Notes under the pieces: generated by a model
Database searches by the model: none
The model's input: only the letters and a program-made list of their open reading frames with translations
What the model was told of the DNA's origin: nothing
Assembly: GCA_964455175.1 (NCBI GenBank)
Contig: CAYVUW010000011.1
Span: 2,445-43,315, forward strand
DNA length: 40,871 bases
Source of the DNA: an uncultured Acidobacteriota bacterium
GTDB lineage: Bacteria > Acidobacteriota > UBA890
Reading direction: 5' to 3'
In this document: positions 17,867 through 26,481 of the stretch, one piece after another
How the letters are laid out: every line of letters begins with the position of its first letter
Position numbering within the stretch: position 1 is the stretch's first letter
Made by a program: the position numbers and the translations under genes

Positions 17867-19042
17867 TTATGCGTCGGCAGCGATCTCGGGTGGAGCGCCC
17901 CTCATCATATCAATGAAGCGATCGAAAAGAGGTGCCGCATCATGTGGTCCCGGGGCTGCCTCGGGGTGGTATTGGACCGCAAGGACTGGCCAGTCTTTGT
18001 GCCGGACCCCTTCGAGGGTCCCATCGTTGAGGTTCAACCGCGTGACCACAAAGCCGCTTTTCTCGAGGCTGTCTGGATTGACGGGAAAGCCATGGTTTTG
18101 CGAGGTGATCTCGACTGCGCCGGTGGCTAGGACGCGGACTGGATGATTGGCTCCATGGTGGCCAAACTTTAGCTTGAAAGTTGTCCCGCCGGCTGCCTGA
18201 CCAATGATTTGGTGGCCCAAACATATCCCAAGCATTGGTAGTTTGCCGAACAGATGCTTGGCGGCTTCGATACCATAGTCGACGGTTGCTGGATCCCCCG
18301 GGCCGTTTGATAGCAAGACCCCGTCCGGTTGGCGCTCGAGCACTTCTTCCGGCGGTGTGGTGGCCGGGACAACTGTGACCTCACATCTTCGCGCACGTAG
18401 AGATCGTAGGATGTTCCACTTAACACCGAAGTCGTAGACTACGACCGAAAGGGTATCGTCGTCGGTCCCGCCTGCAGGCTGTGGGCGAAATGTAGCGGGA
18501 TCTTCTTCCAGGCCAGGCGTTCCGTTCCATTCGTAAGGGCCATCGCAGGTCACCGACGGCACCAAATCCTGACCTTCCATCGAAGAAATCTGCTGCGCCC
18601 GTTTGACGGCGGCGCCTAGATCCGCTGCTTCGCCTTGGACGATAACGCCACGCATAACGCCTTCCTGGCGCAGCCTAGTGGTCAAGTCACGTGTGTCGAT
18701 GCCCTCAATCCCTGGGATGCCTGCTTTAGCTAGGTAGTCACTAAGCGAAGCTTCGGAACGCCAATTGCTTGGTTGTTCCGTGAGTTCGCGCACGATGAAA
18801 CCTTCGACATGGATTGCGTTGCTTTCTGCATCCGCCGCGTTTATGCCGTAGTTGCCAATCTGTGGCGTCGTCATTGTGACGATTTGACCCTTGTATGAAG
18901 GATCGGTGAGGATTTCCTGATAGCCTGTCATCCCGGTGTGGAAAACAACTTCACCCACAGCTTGATCGGCAGCCCCGAAACTGCGACCAGAGTAAGCGGT
19001 ACCGTCTTCCAGAACCAACCAGGCTGTGCCACCGATAATCAT
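17867..19042 (-). CDS. carA: Carbamoyl-phosphate synthase small subunit
   Basis: GEVVFHTGMTGYQEILTDPSY, LSNGPGDP, LGICLGHQ, VQYHPEAAPGPHD. Confidence 0.97.
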   Translation of the reverse strand: MIIGGTAWLVLEDGTAYSGRSFGAADQAVGEVVFHTGMTGYQEILTDPSYKGQIVTMTTPQIGNYGINAADAESNAIHVEGFIVRELTEQPSNWRSEASLSDYLAKAGIPGIEGIDTRDLTTRLRQEGVMRGVIVQGEAADLGAAVKRAQQISSMEGQDLVPSVTCDGPYEWNGTPGLEEDPATFRPQPAGGTDDDTLSVVVYDFGVKWNILRSLRARRCEVTVVPATTPPEEVLERQPDGVLLSNGPGDPATVDYGIEAAKHLFGKLPMLGICLGHQIIGQAAGGTTFKLKFGHHGANHPVRVLATGAVEITSQNHGFPVNPDSLEKSGFVVTRLNLNDGTLEGVRHKDWPVLAVQYHPEAAPGPHDAAPLFDRFIDMMRGAPPEIAADA

Positions 19043-19215
19043 GAGGCGAGCGTAACACGCTGTCTATAAACCCTCGATCTGCAGCTAAACGAGCGCAGGG
19101 AGTACTTCCAGCTGAGTGTCACCAATAAGATGACTAGCGACCCCAGGGTACGATGCAGTACTCTTTAGCGTAGGGGCGAGAAGACGCCCTGATTAGCTTT
19201 CGAAGGAGTCAATTC

Positions 19216-19617
19216 GTGGGTTCCAGCACCGAGGCACAGACACCTGAAGCGGCGCCTGCGCCGCAGCTTTCACCCAACCAGCTCATCATTTTCACGCCTG
19301 CCGCGGTGGGGAAGGTCATCAGCTTTACACAGACTAGCCCCGAGGCCGAGGGCAAACAGCTTCGCCTCTATGTGCAGGGGGGTGGGTGCTCGGGCTTCGA
19401 GTACGGTTTTAAATTCGACGAGCGCAAGGAAGGTGACTATGTCCTACCGCAAGGCCATGGAGAAGAGAGCATCGAGGTTCTCGTTGATCCGTTCAGTTTG
19501 CCGTTTCTCCAGAGTTGCACCATTGACTACTACGAGGACTTTGCGGGCAGTGGCTTCAAGGTAAGCAACCCGAACGCTACTGGTACCTGTGGTTGCGGGC
19601 ACTCCTTCTCAACGTAG
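19216..19617 (+). CDS. A-type Fe-S carrier (HesB/IscA/ErpA family)
   Basis: GGGCSGFEYGF and NPNATGTCGCGHSF. AAGGAG ribosome-binding site before the GTG. Confidence 0.93.
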   Translation: MGSSTEAQTPEAAPAPQLSPNQLIIFTPAAVGKVISFTQTSPEAEGKQLRLYVQGGGCSGFEYGFKFDERKEGDYVLPQGHGEESIEVLVDPFSLPFLQSCTIDYYEDFAGSGFKVSNPNATGTCGCGHSFST

Positions 19618-19640
19618 GTTCCGAGTTCGTCAGCGTTCAA

Positions 19641-19946
19641 TCAGAGCTTCACGTGGATGTCTTCGCCCTCAATGCGAACTTCGTAGGTATCGACGCTTTG
19701 TCCAGGCATGCCTTTACATTCGCCAGTGGTCATGCTGTATTCCCAGCCGTGCCATGGGCAGGTGACGGTGCCGTCCGTACAAATGCCGTCACCGAGTGGG
19801 CCACCACGGTGAATGCAAGTGTTGTCGAGCGCGTGAAAAATACCGTCGACGTTGAACAGAGCGATGGCCACTCCATTCACCTCGTATACTCGACCTTCGC
19901 CTGAAGGAATGTCGTTGGCCTTTGCAGCCCATGTAAAATCGGACAT
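19641..19946 (-). CDS. Stand-alone Rieske [2Fe-2S] ferredoxin
   Basis: CIHRGGPL and CPWHG. GGAGGAG ribosome-binding site. Confidence 0.93.
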   Translation of the reverse strand: MSDFTWAAKANDIPSGEGRVYEVNGVAIALFNVDGIFHALDNTCIHRGGPLGDGICTDGTVTCPWHGWEYSMTTGECKGMPGQSVDTYEVRIEGEDIHVKL

Positions 19947-19989
19947 TTAATGCTCCTCCTTCTGGGGTGCGCAACTCGCGGATTTTGTC

Positions 19990-20757
19990 ATGGGTGATTC
20001 TATTGGTCAAAAAGCAGCCGAGATGGTAGCTCCCGATGAGGCTGGCAATTCTGATGGTTCGTTCAGTAGTTCTGTGCGCACAATGTTCAATGCCCTGGCA
20101 CCGAGCTACGACAGCTTCAATCATTGCTCATCGCTTGGGCTCGACTATGGATGGCGCCGTGCCACGGTTCGTTCACTAAAGCTGACGAAGAGCGACCTAG
20201 TACTCGATGTCGCCACCGGAACAGGGGACTTGGCGTTCGCTACAACCCGAGCGGCTCGTGGAACAGTTGGCTGCGACTTTGCTGTCGAGATGATTCGCCA
20301 CGCGTGCTCTAAAATCCGTTCCGGCGAAGACACTTGGTTTCACGTAGCGTGCGCTGAGTGTCTGCCATACCGTGACGAGCGTTTCCAGGGTGTCGCCTCA
20401 GCATTCGCTATGCGCAATGTCAAACCGATACTTGAGGACGTGCTCGCAGAGGCTTTTCGGGTGCTTGAACCGGGTGGCCGCGTAGCGATTCTAGAATTCA
20501 GTCGGCCGCGGATGGTTCCCATTCGATGGGGGCACAGTGTTTACACTCGCTTACTGATGCCGCGGGTAGGTCGTTTTGTGACCGGCACGGTGGAGCCATT
20601 CGACTACCTATACCGCAGTATCCAAGAATGGTATTCACCCGAAGAATTTGCCGAAATACTTCGTACAGTTGGGTTTGCAGATGTTCGTTATCGTATGATG
20701 AGCTTTGGTACAGTTGCGCTGCACAACGGAACTAAACCAACCGCTTGTCGTTCGTAG
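19990..20757 (+). CDS. menG: UbiE/MenG demethylmenaquinone methyltransferase
   Basis: MFNALAPSYD..N...SLGLD..WRR, VLDVATGTGD, AFAMRNV, RVLEPGG..ILEFS. Confidence 0.88.
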   Translation: MGDSIGQKAAEMVAPDEAGNSDGSFSSSVRTMFNALAPSYDSFNHCSSLGLDYGWRRATVRSLKLTKSDLVLDVATGTGDLAFATTRAARGTVGCDFAVEMIRHACSKIRSGEDTWFHVACAECLPYRDERFQGVASAFAMRNVKPILEDVLAEAFRVLEPGGRVAILEFSRPRMVPIRWGHSVYTRLLMPRVGRFVTGTVEPFDYLYRSIQEWYSPEEFAEILRTVGFADVRYRMMSFGTVALHNGTKPTACRS

Positions 20758-20769
20758 CTTAAGGCAATA

Positions 20770-21351
20770 ATGATAAGACACATAAGAATGATAGGGCTCG
20801 TAATGTTGGCTATCGCTTCAGTCTTCTCGACCCTTGGCGCCGCCCATGAAGTCGTCCCGAGACAATTGTTGTATGGCGTCGACCGCGCCAAGATCACGGG
20901 CATTGCTGCGGACCATGAACCGTTTGCGCTGGACCAAACGGTTCGCGTAGCGATCGAAGTTGAGATGTTGCCCGGTATGCACGTCAACGCAAATCCGCCG
21001 ACGTTTGATTGGATGATACCTGTGGAGGTCTCGGTAAAGGGGGTCGAGGGAGTTAGTCTGGTCAAGGCATTTTACCCGGAGCCTGTAAGCGTCAAGTTCC
21101 CTTACGACGACGAACCCTACCTAGTGTACGAGGGTACTTTTGTGCTCGGCCTTGTCCTGGCTATCGCCGACGACATCCCGACAGGCGGCCGCGAGCTTCA
21201 GGTCATACTCGATTATCAGGCGTGTAACGATGAAGCTTGCTTTGCGCCCACTGACACCTCGATCAACATGCCGATTATGATGGTTGCAGACGTGGGCCAA
21301 AGCCGGGAGGTTCCCTCGCCCCTCATTGAACGGGCCCCTTTCCCACGGTAA
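20770..21351 (+). CDS. Exported DsbD N-terminal (alpha) domain protein
   Basis: Signal peptide, PGMHVNANPP, VYEG, LDYQACNDEACFAP dithiol. Confidence 0.85.
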   Translation: MIRHIRMIGLVMLAIASVFSTLGAAHEVVPRQLLYGVDRAKITGIAADHEPFALDQTVRVAIEVEMLPGMHVNANPPTFDWMIPVEVSVKGVEGVSLVKAFYPEPVSVKFPYDDEPYLVYEGTFVLGLVLAIADDIPTGGRELQVILDYQACNDEACFAPTDTSINMPIMMVADVGQSREVPSPLIERAPFPR

Positions 21352-21379
21352 CGGGTGAAAAATCGCCGATGTTTTTTTT
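21352..21379 (+). terminator. Possible weak intrinsic terminator
   Basis: Short bulged hairpin around gggtga-aaaa-tcgccg followed by T8, between convergent genes. Confidence 0.35.
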
Positions 21380-21456
21380 ATAGCGTCGTGCTTCTCTCGG
21401 GCGCTTACTGCTAAGGTGCGGTCCAATTGACTCATCCCAATTCGCTGGCCGCTATA

Positions 21457-23553
21457 TCACCCTGCTTCTGCCTCGCGTTTGGCTTTGATATCGTCGATGA
21501 TCTTTTGTGAGAGGTGTGCCGGTACCTCGTCATAGTGTGAGAATTCCATCGTGTACGTGCCGCGGCCGCCGGTGAGCGAGTTCAAATCGGGAGCATAAGT
21601 AAGCACTTCAGCGAGTGGAACCTGTGCCTTGATCATTTGTTGTTCACCACCAGCTGGCTCCATTCCCTGGACACGGCCACGGCGGCTATTGAGGTCACCC
21701 ATTACATCGCCCATCGCTTCATCAGGAATGCTGATCTCAATGTCCATCAGCGGTTCCATCAACGTCGGTTGAGCCTGTAAGGCGGCTTCTTTGAAAGCCA
21801 TCGAACCGGCGATCTTGAAGGCGATCTCGGAAGAGTCGACGGCGTGGAACTTGCCGTCGAGCAAGGCGCACTTAAAATCTTCGACCGGAAAGCCACAGAG
21901 TACCCCCCGCGCAGCTGACTCCACGACACCCTTCTGAACCGCGGGCCTGAACTGCTGCGGGATAGACCCGCCGAAGATCTTGTCCTCGAACTCGAAGCCA
22001 TCGCCAGCGTTATTCGGGGACAGCTCGATTACACAAACGCCGAATTGGCCGCGGCCGCCGCTCTGCTTCTTGTGCCGGCCTTCTGCCCGTGCTGTACCCC
22101 GAATTGTCTCCCGATAGGGAACAGTGGGTGGTTTCAATGTCGTTTTCACGCCGAAACGTTTCTCGAGCTTTGCCACGGTCACCTCTACGTGGAGTTGGCC
22201 GAGTCCGGAAACGAGTAACTCGTGGGTCTGCGGGTCGCGGTCGACGACGATCGTCGCGTCTTCCTCACAGAGACGCGCGAGTGCCTCACTGATTTTTTCT
22301 TCATCCGCCTGGGTTTGAGGTGCAACCGCGAACGATATTGCCGCCTTAGGAAATTGAACAGGGTCGATGATTATCGGCTGAGATTTGTCACACAGCGTAT
22401 CGCTGGTGTGGATATCTCTGAGCTTGGCCACGGCGCACAACTGCCCGGCAACGACACTCTGTGTGGGTTCATATTGCTTGCCTTGAACCAGTGCCAAGTT
22501 CGAAAGCTTTTCAGTGGTGTTGGTGCCCGGGTTGAGCATTGGCGCATCGATGCTGGCCGAACCCGAGAACACCTTCATTAATGAGATGCGGCCCGCATAG
22601 GGGTCGGCCACCGTCTTGAAGACCAATGCTGCAAACGGACCTTCTGAGTCAATCGGCCGCGAGACCTCTTCTTTATCCTTGGGATTTGCCCCGGTAAAGT
22701 TGCCGCGCTCATCGGGTGAGGGAAGATAGTTAACGGTTGCCGCGAGCACCCGGTCAGTTCCTATGCCGTGCAATGCTGACGTACAAAGAACCGGAAACAG
22801 CAAACGCTCGCGCACCGCGGCACGAATACCCGTTGCGAGTTGTTCAGGAGTCAAGTCGCCTTCTTCGAAGAAAACTTCCATAAGGGTTTCGTTACCTTCG
22901 GCGACCATCTCGACGAGCGCTTCACGCTGGCTTTCAGCGGTAGCCTGCAGTTCCTCAGGAATGTCTTCGGCCGAGGCTCTCCCGTCACCATCACGTTTGT
23001 AGCTAAAAGCTTTCATCTCAACGAGGTCAACGACGCCACTGAAATCGTGCTCCTTGCCGATCGGAATTTGGAGAGCTACCGCTTCGCGCCCGAAGCGTGC
23101 CTGTATGGCTTCAAGCGTGCGTTGGTAGGAGGAGTTCTCACGATCCAGGCGATTGATGACGATGAACCCCGGCGTGTTGTATTCGCGGGAATACTGCCAA
23201 GACTTGTCGCTCATTACCTGAGGGCCAGAGACAGCGTCGACTAAAAGGGCGAAGCTATCCGCTACACGGACGGAAGCCTTCGTGTCCGGACGAAACACGC
23301 TGTAGCCAGGTGTGTCGATAAAGGTGACGTGTTTGCCCTCAAAGTTGCAATGGGCAAGCGCTGCCTGGATTGAAATCTGTCGTTCAACCTCTTCAGGATC
23401 GTAGTCGGTCGTCGCGGTACCTTGATCTACGAGCCCCATTCGATTGACGGCGCCCGTGGTGTACAGGCACGCTGAAACAATCGTTGTTTTCCCTGTGTCT
23501 CCGTGACCTACTACAGCGACGTTGCGCAGCTCAGCGGTTGTGACTTTAGCCAT
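21457..23553 (-). CDS. fusA: Elongation factor G paralogue (EF-G2 type)
   Basis: Full-length EF-G architecture (VPYRETI, KKQSGGRGQF, FHAVDSSE.AF, VMGDLNSRRG). G motifs are divergent: GHGDTGKTT, RQISI, DTPGY, NRLD. Not next to rpsL-rpsG-tuf. Confidence 0.93.
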   Translation of the reverse strand: MAKVTTAELRNVAVVGHGDTGKTTIVSACLYTTGAVNRMGLVDQGTATTDYDPEEVERQISIQAALAHCNFEGKHVTFIDTPGYSVFRPDTKASVRVADSFALLVDAVSGPQVMSDKSWQYSREYNTPGFIVINRLDRENSSYQRTLEAIQARFGREAVALQIPIGKEHDFSGVVDLVEMKAFSYKRDGDGRASAEDIPEELQATAESQREALVEMVAEGNETLMEVFFEEGDLTPEQLATGIRAAVRERLLFPVLCTSALHGIGTDRVLAATVNYLPSPDERGNFTGANPKDKEEVSRPIDSEGPFAALVFKTVADPYAGRISLMKVFSGSASIDAPMLNPGTNTTEKLSNLALVQGKQYEPTQSVVAGQLCAVAKLRDIHTSDTLCDKSQPIIIDPVQFPKAAISFAVAPQTQADEEKISEALARLCEEDATIVVDRDPQTHELLVSGLGQLHVEVTVAKLEKRFGVKTTLKPPTVPYRETIRGTARAEGRHKKQSGGRGQFGVCVIELSPNNAGDGFEFEDKIFGGSIPQQFRPAVQKGVVESAARGVLCGFPVEDFKCALLDGKFHAVDSSEIAFKIAGSMAFKEAALQAQPTLMEPLMDIEISIPDEAMGDVMGDLNSRRGRVQGMEPAGGEQQMIKAQVPLAEVLTYAPDLNSLTGGRGTYTMEFSHYDEVPAHLSQKIIDDIKAKREAEAG

Positions 23554-23639
23554 TGCCTCCCCTGAGATCTTCAGAACCGTCCGATAACAAGCCGGCGCGG
23601 GCTGCGACCCTGGAATCGCCGTCTAGTCCAGCGAGACTA

Positions 23640-24632
23640 TCACGGTTCGTCCCGGGCACGTCGCAGCGTCCGGAGCAGTTCTTCGAGGTCAGATGGTAGT
23701 GGTGCGATAAATTCTAGCCGCACGCCACTGATGGGATGGTCAAGTTGCAAGCGAGAGGAATGGAGCCCCGGCCTGGTGAAGTCACGAATGGCGCGTCTTG
23801 CCTGGCCGTCAGGCACACTTTTCCACTGTGCTCCAACGTACTTCAGGTCGCCAATGCAAGCGTGATGTATCGCCTCGAGATGGGCCCGCACCTGGTGCAT
23901 ACGGCCGGTTTTAGGCCAAACGTTGAGCAACGCAAAACCGCCTAGGTCTTCGACGAACTCCCATCGAGTGAAAGCATCACGCGGCCGGTCGGTGTTCGAT
24001 GAAATCTTTGTTCGATTGTTTCGGTCACGGCCAATGGCCAAATCGATTTCCCCAGATGATGCTCGTGGGCAACCATAAACCACTGCGGCATATTGCTTTT
24101 CGACCGTTCGAGCGGCGAACTGGTGTGCGAGCGCGGCGTGGGCTTTATCATGCCTCGCCAAAGCCATGATGCCAGAGGTTCCTTTGTCGAGACGATGCAC
24201 TATCCCTGGGCGATCGCTGCCACCGCACTGGGAAAGAGTTTTCCCATAGCGGTGCAGTAAGCCGTTGACCAACGTTTCCTCATGTTGCCCCGCTCCCCTG
24301 TGTACCACGAGCCCTGCAGGCTTGTTGATGACGGCGAGATCATCGTCTTCATAGATGACATCAAGGTCGAGGGCTTGCGGTCGAGGCTCATCAGCAGGGG
24401 TCTTTCTAGGCAGAAAAACGGTGATTTGTTGGCCGCTCTCGACTGACAGACTCGGTTTTGCTGCGGGCACTGCGTCGATAACGACATGGCCGTTAGCAAT
24501 GAGGCGCTGAATCTTGGAACGGGACAGATCCGGCAACAGAGTGGCAAGCACACGGTCGATACGCTGATGGGTGAGGTGGTCCGGTACGGTTACTCGGTGA
24601 TTGGGACCATTGTTCGGCAGCTTTGGCTGCAT
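23640..24632 (-). CDS. rluD: RluA/RluD family pseudouridine synthase with S4 domain
   Basis: RID..L, NKPAGLVVH, RPGIVHRLDKGTSG (catalytic Asp), TGRMHQ. Confidence 0.92.
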   Translation of the reverse strand: MQPKLPNNGPNHRVTVPDHLTHQRIDRVLATLLPDLSRSKIQRLIANGHVVIDAVPAAKPSLSVESGQQITVFLPRKTPADEPRPQALDLDVIYEDDDLAVINKPAGLVVHRGAGQHEETLVNGLLHRYGKTLSQCGGSDRPGIVHRLDKGTSGIMALARHDKAHAALAHQFAARTVEKQYAAVVYGCPRASSGEIDLAIGRDRNNRTKISSNTDRPRDAFTRWEFVEDLGGFALLNVWPKTGRMHQVRAHLEAIHHACIGDLKYVGAQWKSVPDGQARRAIRDFTRPGLHSSRLQLDHPISGVRLEFIAPLPSDLEELLRTLRRARDEP

Positions 24633-24649
24633 CAATTATCGCTCAGCAA

Positions 24650-25552
24650 TCAGGACGTGCTCTCGACCGGATCTATTGGCTCGTGTTTGCCTTTTAACCG
24701 GGCCAGCATGCCGAGGGCGATAGTGGCGCCTACGATGGCAATGAATTGAGAGGTCGATAGCGCCCCGCCGAACAAGAAGCCTCGTGGGTCAGCCCGCAAG
24801 AATTCATGGAAGAAACGGGCCGTGGCGTAGGCGAGCACGTATGACCAGAAGATCTGTCCGTCATATTGCTTGCGACGGAGCATCCAAATCAAGAAACCTC
24901 CGAGCAGAAGGTTTGTAGCAGCTTCGTACAGCTGCGTCGGGTGCAGTGGGATGTTCAAAGGCACGCCAACCAGAGAACCGCTGTACGTGTCCGTGAAAGT
25001 GACACCCCATGGCAGGTCCGTAGCAATACCGTAGCAACAGCCGGCTGCGAAACAGCCCAGACGACCAATACCATGGCCGATCGCCACAGCAGGTGCGCTG
25101 ATGTCGGCAACTTTCCATACGACTAGCTGGTAGCGACGGGTATACCAAAAAGTAGCCAAAATTGCGCCGGCGAAACCACCGTAAAAAACGCCTCCTGCTT
25201 GCAGCAAGCTCATGCCCATCTGCGCGAGGGCGCCGATGTACGCACTTGTCGACCCGAGGAAGCCTAGAGCTTGACCTACTGCGCCCCCACCTTCCATTAC
25301 AAGTGCTCGGAACTGTCTCGAATAGACTTCCCAGTCAACGACTAACAAGAGAATCTTCGCCCCAACTAGCGCGGCGAGAATGATGTAGACACCCATATCG
25401 ACGATCACGTCCCCATCAATATCTTCCCGTTGTGCTAATCGTCGTGCCACCAAGATGGCTATGAGGAACGAGAAGACAAGCAGTACACCGTACGTGTGGA
25501 TAGTGATCGGTCCTAAGACCGGGAGCGGTAGTTCAAACAGGGTTGGAAACAT
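24650..25552 (-). CDS. lgt: Prolipoprotein diacylglyceryl transferase
   Basis: IHTYG, GGVFYGG, IGRLGCFAAGCCYG, HPTQLYE, RFFHEFLRAD. Confidence 0.93.
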   Translation of the reverse strand: MFPTLFELPLPVLGPITIHTYGVLLVFSFLIAILVARRLAQREDIDGDVIVDMGVYIILAALVGAKILLLVVDWEVYSRQFRALVMEGGGAVGQALGFLGSTSAYIGALAQMGMSLLQAGGVFYGGFAGAILATFWYTRRYQLVVWKVADISAPAVAIGHGIGRLGCFAAGCCYGIATDLPWGVTFTDTYSGSLVGVPLNIPLHPTQLYEAATNLLLGGFLIWMLRRKQYDGQIFWSYVLAYATARFFHEFLRADPRGFLFGGALSTSQFIAIVGATIALGMLARLKGKHEPIDPVESTS

Positions 25553-25575
25553 TGACTAGCCTCGGATTGTTTCTG

Positions 25576-26160
25576 CTAATTCAACGGAGCCATGTCGTCG
25601 GCAGCCGTTTTCTTTACGGGGTTTTCGTCTGCCAACAAGTTGTCGCATTCTTCACTGGACGCTTCGCTCATCGTGAGCGAAGCGTTTTCGACTTCGCCTT
25701 GTTGAGCCATGACGATAAACAAGGATATCGCGCCAACGGTAATCGCCATATCGGCGACGTTAAAGGATGGCCAATGGTAACGCCCCCAGTGCACGTCAAT
25801 GAAGTCGACGACATAGTGGAGACGTAGCCGGTCGATCAGGTTACCCAACGCACCACCGAGAATGAGGCCGAATGTGGCCATGACGCGGGGCTCGTGCCAA
25901 CTCTGGCGAGCGTAGGTCCAAATTAAGCCGATAGCCAACACCGACACAACAACCAGTCCTGCTCGAACGGGAGCCACCGGTGCATCCGCGAGCAAACCGA
26001 AGGCAGCGCCTGTGTTCCTTACATGTGTTAGGGCAAGAAAGTTGTCAACTAAGTCGATGCGGACCTGGAAGGGAATCCAGTTGCTCACCATGAGCTTGGT
26101 AATTTGATCAAGAGCCAGAACGGTTGCTGCGATGAGCAATACTCCCGTACGGTCGCGCAT
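25576..26160 (-). CDS. lspA: Lipoprotein signal peptidase II
   Basis: DQITK, RNTGAAFG, GALGNLIDR, VVDFI, FNVAD, plus an acidic C-terminal tail. ATG 26160 has AGGA upstream; 26184 is an alternative start. Confidence 0.95.
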   Translation of the reverse strand: MRDRTGVLLIAATVLALDQITKLMVSNWIPFQVRIDLVDNFLALTHVRNTGAAFGLLADAPVAPVRAGLVVVSVLAIGLIWTYARQSWHEPRVMATFGLILGGALGNLIDRLRLHYVVDFIDVHWGRYHWPSFNVADMAITVGAISLFIVMAQQGEVENASLTMSEASSEECDNLLADENPVKKTAADDMAPLN

Positions 26161-26481
26161 TCCTGTGTCATTCCCCCACGACAAGCCTAAATGTGAGTTA
26201 CTGAAACTTCAGCAAGGCGCTGCGGTACCGCATGGCCATTGCGGTGGTCACATCGTTTCCAAGGTCTTCTGGAACGAGACGGGCAAGACATCAGCTCGTA
26301 AAATTAGAATAGGCTCGTATGCATGCAGACACAAGGTTTTGAGGCGATTCATCCGTCCTGACTTGAACTCGACGTGGTGGTACTGTAACCAAAAATTGGC
26401 CCTCCCGATCGTGAGGCCGTTCCTCCCCTGAAATCATTGGGCCCCAGCATGTCTTTGACTGGGCAAAAGAAAGAGCGGCAC

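Noticed and set aside
19097-19145. GGGAGUA ... UAGCGACCCC, resembling the yybP-ykoY manganese riboswitch
   Set aside because: Too short for the four-way junction, the conserved internal motifs are not matched, and the downstream gene is atypical. Kept only as a generic structured-leader candidate.
26220-26265. Minus-strand GGAAACGATGTGA, resembling the start of a c-di-GMP-II riboswitch
   Set aside because: The downstream conserved segments and pseudoknot are not present.
26132-26431. 99-aa plus-strand ORF in the lspA/tolC intergenic region
   Set aside because: It overlaps the lspA start head-on, has no clear ribosome-binding site or motif, and occupies the space needed for divergent promoters.
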